A stretch of DNA of 64,000 bases from an uncultured Gemmatimonadaceae bacterium. Lineage in GTDB: Bacteria; Gemmatimonadota; Gemmatimonadetes; Gemmatimonadales; Gemmatimonadaceae. The notes beneath the pieces were generated by a model. That model had not been told where the DNA came from, searched no databases, and saw only the letters and a program-made list of their open reading frames with translations. Of the stretch, positions 56,772 through 64,000 are shown piece after piece. The stretch covers positions 2,880,001 through 2,944,000 of the forward strand of contig OY970320.1 in the NCBI GenBank assembly GCA_963716745.1. Reading direction: 5' to 3'. The translations under genes were made by a program, and so were the position numbers. The stretch's first letter is position 1. Each line of letters begins with the position of its first letter.

Positions 56772-57689
56772 TTGTCCCCGTCGCCTGAAGATCCTCGACT
56801 CACCGAGCGCCGCAATCCGCGCACGACGCGCATCGATCTCGCGACCGCCGCGGAGATCGTACACCTCATGCTCGCGGAGGATCGTACGGTCGCGGACGCG
56901 GTCGCATCGCAGCGCGCCGAGATCGCACGCGCGATCGAGCTCGCGGAATCGGCGTTCCGCGACGGCGGCCGGCTCATCTACGCGGGCGCCGGCACCTCCG
57001 GCCGCCTCGGCGTGCTCGACGCGAGCGAGTGCCCGCCCACGTTTGGCACGGATCCCACAATGGTGGTCGGTGTCATCGCCGGCGGACTCGACGCGCTCAC
57101 GCGCTCGATGGAGGGCGCCGAGGATGTCGCCGCCGACGGCGCCGCCGCCATGACGAGGCTCGCGGTCGGCGCGCACGATTTTGTGGTCGGCATCGCCGCA
57201 TCGGGCACCACGCCCTACGTGCGCGGCGCGCTCGAGCGCGCGATGGAACTCGGCGCGCGCACCGCGATCCTCTCGTGCTCCACGCCGCCCGACGATCTCG
57301 TGAAGCGCGTGACCGTCGCGATCGTGCCGCTCACCGGACCCGAGGCGATCACCGGTTCCACGCGCCTCAAGGCCGGCACCGCCACGAAGCTGGTGCTCAA
57401 CATGATCTCCACCGGCGCCATGGTGCGCATCGGGAAGACGTACGAGAACCTGATGGTGGACCTGCGGCCAATGAGCGCCAAGCTCGTGGATCGTGGCGAG
57501 CGCATCGTGATGGAACTGTGCGGCGTCGAGCGCGCCGAGGCGAAACGGCTGATCGCGGCCGCCGGCGGGAGCGTGAAGACGGCGATCGTGATGCAGAAGC
57601 TCGGTGCGACGCGCGAGGTAGCGGAAGCGAAGCTGCGCGAGGCCGGCGGCGTGATCCGCGCCGCGCTCCCCGGCGCGAAGCGTGACTGA
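56772..57689 (+). CDS. murQ: N-acetylmuramic acid 6-phosphate etherase
   Basis: LTERRNP, GAGTSGRLGVLDASECPPTFG, GSTRLKAGTATK, YENLMVD. Confidence 0.97.
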   Translation: MSPSPEDPRLTERRNPRTTRIDLATAAEIVHLMLAEDRTVADAVASQRAEIARAIELAESAFRDGGRLIYAGAGTSGRLGVLDASECPPTFGTDPTMVVGVIAGGLDALTRSMEGAEDVAADGAAAMTRLAVGAHDFVVGIAASGTTPYVRGALERAMELGARTAILSCSTPPDDLVKRVTVAIVPLTGPEAITGSTRLKAGTATKLVLNMISTGAMVRIGKTYENLMVDLRPMSAKLVDRGERIVMELCGVERAEAKRLIAAAGGSVKTAIVMQKLGATREVAEAKLREAGGVIRAALPGAKRD

Positions 57690-58821
57690 CGCACCCACGG
57701 TCATCATCGGGTTGATGTCCGGCACGTCGGCGGACGGGATCACCGCCGCCGCCGTTCGGTTCATCGAGAACGGAAGTCCCGCACCCGACCTACAGCTGCT
57801 TGCGACCATCACGCGCGAGTACACGAACGCGCAGCGCGAGCGTCTGCTGCGTGCCGGCCTCGAGCAGCCGGCCGATGCGCTCACGCGGCTCGACTTCGAA
57901 CTCGGCGATTGGCTCGCCGACGCGGCGCGTGCGGTGATGACCGCGGCGCGGCTGCGCGGCACCGACGTGCGCGCGATCGCGTCGCACGGTCACACCGTGT
58001 GGCACGCCGGCGCGCGCGGAACGTGGCAGATCGGACAGGCCGCGGTGATCGCGGAGCGCACGGGGCTCGACGTCGTGAGCGATTTCCGCGTGCGCGATGC
58101 CGCGGCGGGCGGCCAGGGCGCGCCGCTCGTCGCGATCGCCGACACGCTCCTCTTCGCGGCGCCTGATCACGCACGCGCGCTCCAGAACATCGGCGGCATC
58201 GCGAATGTGAGCGTCGTGCCGGCGCGCGGCGGCGCGGATCTCGTGCTCGCCTTCGACACCGGTCCCGGCTGCGGCGTGATCGACGCGACGGTGCGACGGC
58301 TCGTTCCGTCGCTCGGTTACGATGTGGATGGAGCGATGGCGCTGCGCGGCACCGTGATCCCCGGCCCGGTGGATGCCGCGCTCGCGGACCCGTATTTCGC
58401 CGCGAAACCGCCCAAGAGCACGGGCCGCGAGAAGTTCAGCGCCGCCTACGCGAACGCGTTCGTCGAACGCTGCCTCGCCGCCGACCGAGCGGCGCGCCCC
58501 GAGGATATCGTCGCCACCGCGGTGTCACTCACGGCCCGGAGCATCGGTATCGCCTACCAGCGCTTCGTGCCGCCCGCCGTCGAGGACGTGCTGCTCTCCG
58601 GCGGCGGCGCGAACAATCCCGCGCTCGTGCGCGCCGTGCGCGATGCGCTCGCGCCGCGCACCGTGCGGCTCTTCAGCGAGGAATTCTTCGACGACGGCGC
58701 GAAGGAAGCGGTGGCGTTCGCGTTCCTCGGATGGCTCCACTTGGAGCGGCGCCCTGGGAATGTGCCGAGCGCCACGGGGGCGGCGGGGCCGAGAGTGTTG
58801 GGGAAGTTCACGCCGCGGTAG
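57682..58821 (+). CDS. anmK: Anhydro-N-acetylmuramic acid kinase
   Basis: IGLMSGTSADG, SHGHTVWH, DAAAGGQGAPL, NIGGIAN, FDTGPG, PPKSTGRE. Confidence 0.96.
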   Translation: MTDAPTVIIGLMSGTSADGITAAAVRFIENGSPAPDLQLLATITREYTNAQRERLLRAGLEQPADALTRLDFELGDWLADAARAVMTAARLRGTDVRAIASHGHTVWHAGARGTWQIGQAAVIAERTGLDVVSDFRVRDAAAGGQGAPLVAIADTLLFAAPDHARALQNIGGIANVSVVPARGGADLVLAFDTGPGCGVIDATVRRLVPSLGYDVDGAMALRGTVIPGPVDAALADPYFAAKPPKSTGREKFSAAYANAFVERCLAADRAARPEDIVATAVSLTARSIGIAYQRFVPPAVEDVLLSGGGANNPALVRAVRDALAPRTVRLFSEEFFDDGAKEAVAFAFLGWLHLERRPGNVPSATGAAGPRVLGKFTPR

Positions 58822-58827
58822 ACGCTG

Positions 58828-58955
58828 AACGACCGGGAACCGGTTGCCGGGAACCGGTGATGAATAACAACGCATGGTGTCACGACGTCGCGAGATGTCG
58901 TCACCCCATGCGTTGTCATGCCACACCGGTTCCCGGCAACCGGTTCCCGGTCGTT
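58828..58955. repeat. 128-nt hairpin with perfect 32-bp arms of alternating CCGGGAA/CCGGTTG heptamers
   Basis: aacgaccgggaaccggttgccgggaaccggtg / caccggttcccggcaaccggttcccggtcgtt; inner acaacgcatgg/ccatgcgttgt stem. Confidence 0.93.
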
Positions 58956-58961
58956 AGCAGT

Positions 58962-60395
58962 TCACCGCGGCGCGATCAGCGCCGCCAGTCTATCCGCCGG
59001 TACCGCGTACACGATGCGCCCCGCCGCTTCGCGCGCGCCGCCATATACGACGCCGATCACGCGGCCGTCCGTCGCGAACACTGGGCTCCCGCTCGATCCC
59101 TCGCCGGCGTACGCGTCCACCTGGAGCACATCGTCGAGATGCTTGCTCACGGTGCCCGCCACGAGCGTCGAGCGCGCGATGATCTTCGTGCCACTCCCCT
59201 CCATCGGCGTCTCGGTACCGAGCGGGTAGCCGATGATCGCCACCTGCGCGCCCACCGGAATGTCCGCGGTGTTGTGCGCGATACCGCCCACGACGGGATA
59301 TGTGCCCAATGCGTCGATCTGCAGCAGCGACAGGTCCGCATCGGTGCTCGAACGCACGACGTGCGCCGGCAGCCAATTCTTGGTATCGCTGAAGATGACG
59401 AGCACTTGCCGCGGTGTGTGTCCGTTGCTGTCGGTCACGAGATGCCGGTTGGTGACAATGAATCCCGCCGCGTTCACGCCGAACCCGCTGCCGCTGAAGC
59501 TGTGCCCATCGGGCCACTGCACCGCCACGAGCGCCACCGCGGGCCCGCTGCGCTGCACGATCGCGGGCCAGCCGATCGCCGCTGAGAGGATCTCGTGCCG
59601 CTTGGTCTCGCTCTTCGAGAGCTGGTTCGCGATCGCCTTCGCGTCTGACCCGCGCCCAGCGACCTTGAGTTGCGACTGCAGACTCTCGATCTCGAGCCGC
59701 GACGCGCTCAGCGCGGAATCGATCCCCGCCATCTGGCTGCTCATCGTGAGCACACGATCGGCGAGCACGTTCTGCAGACTGTCATTCTCCTGCCGCTTCG
59801 CGGCGAGCTCTGCGTACAACCGGTCGGAGTCGCGGCGCCCGATCCAGTACACCGTGATCAGCGCTGCCACGACGAGCAGTGCCGCAGCCACCGCCCAGCG
59901 CTTCAACTGCTGCGTATGCGCACGCACTGCTACCGCGATCCGCTCGGTCGTCGAGCCAGCGGCGCTCCGGGACGCACCTGCCCCCACGGGGCCCGTCTTC
60001 TCGAGTCGCATTCCGCGCAGCGCTGGGCTCGTCGAGCTCGGCGACTGCCTGGGGAATTCCGTCGTGTCGCGCACCATGTACGGCGGCGCGAGCAGCCGCA
60101 CGGCCACCTGCGGCCCGTGCGCGCCGAAAGTGAGCACGTCGCCGTCGCGCAGCACCCAATTTCCCGGGATCCGCGCGCCGTTCACGAACGTGCCGTTGGT
60201 GCTTTGCGTATCGCGCAGCACGTATTCCGCGTTCACGACCTCGATCTCGGCGTGGCGCGCGGAGACATCGAGATCGAGTTGTGCGTCGAAGCGGAAATCG
60301 CAGAGCGGATTCCGGCCGAGCGAGATGAGCGACTTCGCGAACTGCTCGCGCTGGCCGGCGCGCGCGCCGCGCAGCACCCGCAGCTCGAGCGTCAC
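58962..60395 (-). CDS. FHA - TM - coiled coil - trypsin-like serine protease
   Basis: FHA GR..VSARHA..STNGTFVNG; TM WAVAAALLVVAALITVYWIG; triad TNRHL, DLSLL, GSSGSP. Confidence 0.9.
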   Translation of the reverse strand: MTLELRVLRGARAGQREQFAKSLISLGRNPLCDFRFDAQLDLDVSARHAEIEVVNAEYVLRDTQSTNGTFVNGARIPGNWVLRDGDVLTFGAHGPQVAVRLLAPPYMVRDTTEFPRQSPSSTSPALRGMRLEKTGPVGAGASRSAAGSTTERIAVAVRAHTQQLKRWAVAAALLVVAALITVYWIGRRDSDRLYAELAAKRQENDSLQNVLADRVLTMSSQMAGIDSALSASRLEIESLQSQLKVAGRGSDAKAIANQLSKSETKRHEILSAAIGWPAIVQRSGPAVALVAVQWPDGHSFSGSGFGVNAAGFIVTNRHLVTDSNGHTPRQVLVIFSDTKNWLPAHVVRSSTDADLSLLQIDALGTYPVVGGIAHNTADIPVGAQVAIIGYPLGTETPMEGSGTKIIARSTLVAGTVSKHLDDVLQVDAYAGEGSSGSPVFATDGRVIGVVYGGAREAAGRIVYAVPADRLAALIAPR

Positions 60396-61609
60396 GGCTT
60401 CTTCGTGCGCGCCGCGGTGTCGGTGGTATCGCTGGTCGTGGGCGCCATGGTCGCGTGCGGTCCGGTGCCGCGCAGCTGGCGCGCGAGCAGGAACAGTCCG
60501 AGGAGCACCAGCGTCGCGGCGAGCGCCGTGATCACGGCGCGCCGCGTGTCCATCGCGCCCAGCGGCGACTGGAACGGACGCTCAGGCGTGTCGCTCGGCG
60601 TCGCGGCAGCGCCGGAACTCGGCACCGATACCGGCAATGTGTGCCGATACGTCGGCGTCGTCGGTTCCTCCGGGCGCACAATGCCGCCCTGCGGCGTCGA
60701 CCCGGGCAGCGGATACACCGCGTGTCCCAAGCGATCCCCCGGGCCCGCCGGTTGCAGCCCCGATCCATCGATCTTCGCGACGATCGCGGTGATGTTGTCC
60801 GGCCCACCATTTTCGTTCGCGCGGTCTATCAACTGACGGCACGCGTCCACGAGATCGTCAGTGCCGGTCACGACCTCCGCGATCTCCTCCTTCTTCACGA
60901 GGCCGGAGAGACCGTCGGTGCAGAGGACGAGGATGTCGCCTTGCCGCATCTGCTGGTGCGTGAGGTCGATGCGCACGGTGGGCTCGGGTCCGAGCGCCTG
61001 CAGAATGATGTTGCGGCGCTCGCTCCGCTCCGCCTCTTCCTGCGTGAGCTCCCCCGCCTCCACCAGCCGCTGCATGAGCGACTGGTCCTTCGTGATCTGC
61101 ATCGCTTCCCCGTTCCGGATCACGTACGCGCGGCTGTCGCCCACCTGCGCCAGGTAGAGCGTGTCGCCCAAGAGTCCCGCGACGGTGGCGGTCGTACCCA
61201 GTCCGCGATGTTCGGGGTGTTCCAGCGCGTAGGCGAAGATCTTGGCGTTGGCGGCGTCGGTGGCGGCCTTCAGCGCGCTCGCGAAACCCTGCGGATCCAT
61301 GCGCTGGCTGTGCATCCAGCGTTCGCGCATCTCCTCGTACACCGTGTTGATCGCGAGATCGCTCGCGATCTCGCCCGCCGCGGCGCCGCCCAGCCCATCG
61401 GCCACCATGAACAGTGTGCCGCGGCCGCCCACGTGGTGCGTGCGCACTTCCGGCTGCAACGACGCGTTCTCCGACGAGAGATCCGCGACGAGGAACGAGT
61501 CCTCATTGTGGTCGCGCACGCGTCCGACATCGGTGCGGCCGAAGACGTGCACGATCACGTCCATCGGTGCCCCATCGGGGGCGTGGCCAGGATTGGAGGG
61601 CTCGCTCAC
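60392..61609 (-). CDS. PP2C (Stp1/PrpC-type) Ser/Thr phosphatase with C-terminal TM
   Basis: TDVGRVRDHNEDS, VADGLGG, VGDSRAY, LCTDGL, GGPDNIT. Confidence 0.95.
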   Translation of the reverse strand: MSEPSNPGHAPDGAPMDVIVHVFGRTDVGRVRDHNEDSFLVADLSSENASLQPEVRTHHVGGRGTLFMVADGLGGAAAGEIASDLAINTVYEEMRERWMHSQRMDPQGFASALKAATDAANAKIFAYALEHPEHRGLGTTATVAGLLGDTLYLAQVGDSRAYVIRNGEAMQITKDQSLMQRLVEAGELTQEEAERSERRNIILQALGPEPTVRIDLTHQQMRQGDILVLCTDGLSGLVKKEEIAEVVTGTDDLVDACRQLIDRANENGGPDNITAIVAKIDGSGLQPAGPGDRLGHAVYPLPGSTPQGGIVRPEEPTTPTYRHTLPVSVPSSGAAATPSDTPERPFQSPLGAMDTRRAVITALAATLVLLGLFLLARQLRGTGPHATMAPTTSDTTDTAARTKKP

Positions 61610-61634
61610 AGCACCAACCTACGCAAAAGACGGC

Positions 61635-63380
61635 TCACTTGCACGTCAGATCGTAAAGTGAGGCGATCCCGCTGGCGTCGGGGTGCCGCTTGTCCCGCCG
61701 GATCCGCTCGAGGATATCGCATGCGCGCGTCTTCGCCGTGCTGTCCCCGTCCTTCTCGGCGCGCTGCAGCAGCGCCTCGCTCAAGTGGTACCATGCAGTC
61801 ACGCTGTCCTTCTGATTGGCGAGGTCGGGCATCGCCTTCCGGATCAGCGCGATCGCCATGTCGGGATGATCGTTCACGATCATCTGCGCGGCGCGGCGCA
61901 CTTCGTTGCGCGCGCGTTCGGGCGGCGTCTTGGCTGCGGCGTCGAGCGCGGGATCGGCGTCCGACGGCGCAGCTGGCGGGGCGGCCGGTGGTGACGCGGG
62001 CGGCGCGGCCGGCGGCGCCGCCGGAGGCTTCGCGTGCACGGGCGGCGGCGTCGGACGCACCGCCACGCGCACGGTCTCCACTTTCGGCGCCGGGATCGCC
62101 GCCTTCGTGTCGGCTACGGGCGCGGTCGTGTCCTGGTGCGCGGTGGTATCCAGCGGCCGCTGGAAATTCTGCGTCGGCGTGCCGATCGCCGACACCGCGT
62201 TCCTCCGCCCGGCCCGCACCATCACCGCTCCCACCACGAGCGCCGCGGCTACCACACCGCCGCCGATGATCATCCCGCGCGAGCGGCGGCGCGCCGGGGC
62301 CACGGCCGTGGACGGACGCGTGCTCGGCGCCGTCGTCGGCATCGCGCCCTTCGACGGCCGCCCCACGCGCGTCGCGGGCACCGCGCCGATCACTCGCGTC
62401 GCACCGTCGGCCTCGCTCTCGATCGCCGGCATCCCCTCCACCGCGGCGGCGAACGCCGAGGCGAACTCGCCCGCCGTCGCCGGACGCGATGCCGCTTCGC
62501 GCGACAGTCCGCGCTCCATCACCGCCTCCAGCGCCGGCGGCCAGGGGACGTCCGGCCGCGTCTCCGCGAGCGTGAACGGCCGGTCGGTGAGGCGCCGGAT
62601 CATCGTCTCCTGCGCCGACCCCTCGGCGTACGGAAGCGTCCCCGTGAGCATATGGAACGCGACGAGCGCGAGCGCGAACGTGTCGCTGCGCGAATCCACG
62701 GCGTCGCCCGCGAGTTGTTCCGGCGACATGTATTCCGGAGTTCCCACCACGAGTCCGGTCTTCGTCACTTTCTGCCCCGTGCCGTGCGCCGACTTCGCGA
62801 TGCCGAAGTCCACCACTTTCACGAGATCGCTGCCGTCGCGATTGCGGGCGATCATGATGTTGTCGGGCTTGAGATCGCGGTGGATGATCCCGCGCTCGTG
62901 CGCCGCATCCAGCGCGCTGGCCGTCTGCTTGATGATCGACGCCACGCGCGCGGGCGGCAGCGTGCCCGCGATCTCGACGATCGACGTGAGCGGCGCGCCC
63001 TCGACGTATTCCATCGCGAGGTAGATCAGCCCATCGCTCGTCTCGCCGAAATCATAGATCGCCGCGACGTTCGGATGCGTGATGCGGCTCGCGTTCGCCG
63101 CCTCGCGATTGAACCGGCTGATCGCATCGGCGTCCTGCATCATGCCGGGCGTCATCACTTTGATCGCGCTGGGCCGCCCCATCTTCACGTGCTCGGCCAG
63201 GAACACCTGGCCCATGCCGCCTTCGCCGAGCTTCTTGAGGATGTGATAACGGTCGGCGATCACTGCGCCGATGAGCGCGGCACCCGGCGGCACCCGCAGC
63301 GTGGTGCCGTCCTTCGGGCAGAACTTGATCTCGGCGTCGTATTCTGAGCCGCACTGCGGACAGATCCGCACTGCGCTCAA
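61635..63380 (-). CDS. Transmembrane Ser/Thr protein kinase with N-terminal zinc-ribbon-like motif
   Basis: CPQC..CPKD; GEGGMG, HRDLKPDN, DFG, GTPEYMSPEQ; TM; Pro-rich linker; helical C-terminus. Confidence 0.95.
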   Translation of the reverse strand: MSAVRICPQCGSEYDAEIKFCPKDGTTLRVPPGAALIGAVIADRYHILKKLGEGGMGQVFLAEHVKMGRPSAIKVMTPGMMQDADAISRFNREAANASRITHPNVAAIYDFGETSDGLIYLAMEYVEGAPLTSIVEIAGTLPPARVASIIKQTASALDAAHERGIIHRDLKPDNIMIARNRDGSDLVKVVDFGIAKSAHGTGQKVTKTGLVVGTPEYMSPEQLAGDAVDSRSDTFALALVAFHMLTGTLPYAEGSAQETMIRRLTDRPFTLAETRPDVPWPPALEAVMERGLSREAASRPATAGEFASAFAAAVEGMPAIESEADGATRVIGAVPATRVGRPSKGAMPTTAPSTRPSTAVAPARRRSRGMIIGGGVVAAALVVGAVMVRAGRRNAVSAIGTPTQNFQRPLDTTAHQDTTAPVADTKAAIPAPKVETVRVAVRPTPPPVHAKPPAAPPAAPPASPPAAPPAAPSDADPALDAAAKTPPERARNEVRRAAQMIVNDHPDMAIALIRKAMPDLANQKDSVTAWYHLSEALLQRAEKDGDSTAKTRACDILERIRRDKRHPDASGIASLYDLTCK

Positions 63381-64000
63381 ACGCGCTCCACGCGCATCAC
63401 CTGGTCACCGGTGAGGAGGCGCGTTCCCGCCGCGAGCAGGCGCTCGCCGCGCGCGGCGACCGCGACACCGTTGCGGCTGCCGAGGTCTGCGATGGTGAAC
63501 TCCCCGTCCTGCGAGCGGATCTCCGCGTGCCGCGCGCTCATCGTCTGGTCGTGCGCGAAGGTCCAGTCGCCGGTGTCGCGTCCGAGCGTGACCATGCCGC
63601 GGTCGGTCAGGTGGAACACGTCGCGCACCGTGCCATCGGAGCGCAGCTGTACGAGCTGGCCCGCCTCGCCCGCCGGCACCAGCGAACCGATGCGGCGCGT
63701 GCCATGCTCATCCGGCGGCGCCTCGCCGTGCGTGGGCGCTTGGCGGAACTGGATGAGCTGCGAACCGATGAGCAGCACGTCCTCATGCTGCAGCCGGTAC
63801 GGCTCGTCGATGAAGAGCCAGGTGCGATTCGCCGAGTCGAGATCGCGCACGTACAGCGCCCCATCGCGCAGGATGAACTCGGCGTGGCGCGGCGAGAGAT
63901 ATTCGTCGCCGGGGAAGGCGATGTCGCATTCGCCGCGGCCCACCGTCATCGTCGCGCGGTCGAGTTCCACGACCTGCTTCGGCTCGCCCGCTTCGTCGAG
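63377..64000 (-). CDS. Tandem-FHA domain protein (5' end outside window)
   Basis: VGR..LSPRHA..DLDSANRT and LGR..MSARHA..DLGSRNG. Confidence 0.9.
   Translation of the reverse strand, partial: LDEAGEPKQVVELDRATMTVGRGECDIAFPGDEYLSPRHAEFILRDGALYVRDLDSANRTWLFIDEPYRLQHEDVLLIGSQLIQFRQAPTHGEAPPDEHGTRRIGSLVPAGEAGQLVQLRSDGTVRDVFHLTDRGMVTLGRDTGDWTFAHDQTMSARHAEIRSQDGEFTIADLGSRNGVAVAARGERLLAAGTRLLTGDQVMRVERV

Overview
GC-rich bacterial chromosomal window. Ribosomal protein style and gene content are most reminiscent of Gemmatimonadota (inference, not verified). 1-13.5 kb: end of tuf plus the S10-spc ribosomal protein cluster, secY, adk and map, with several ribosomal proteins carrying long low-complexity extensions; the usual infA-rpmJ-rpsM-rpsK-rpoA continuation is absent. 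13.6-33.9 kb: peptidases and housekeeping genes (ftcD, IMPase, trpS, MgtC, 2-hydroxyacid dehydrogenase, DapA-like, purA, YpdA-like, glyQS, M3-like, TPR, M20, SDR). 34-44.5 kb: receiver protein, GAF histidine kinase and a tightly overlapping operon with a small ubiquitin-like protein, MoxR AAA+, DUF58/BatA/DUF4175/DUF4159-like genes and a deacetylase. 44.6-58.8 kb: methyltransferase, Zn-ribbon Ser/Thr kinase, dipeptide epimerase, priA, GMC oxidoreductase pair, LOR/SDH-domain protein, fur, ccdA, ggt, murQ, anmK. 59-64 kb: FHA protein, membrane Ser/Thr kinase, membrane PP2C and FHA-trypsin cluster. The non-coding DNA is highly structured: (i) four ~110-nt rod-like hairpins sharing a core but with different, self-complementary outer stems; (ii) palindromes built from triplicated heptamers that also occur in-frame inside genes; (iii) a recurring YANNTT box 5-7 nt before start codons, suggesting leaderless transcription. 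Many single-base frameshifts, including in rpsH and adk, most likely reflect sequencing indels. No tRNA, rRNA, CRISPR, transposase or phage genes were recognised.
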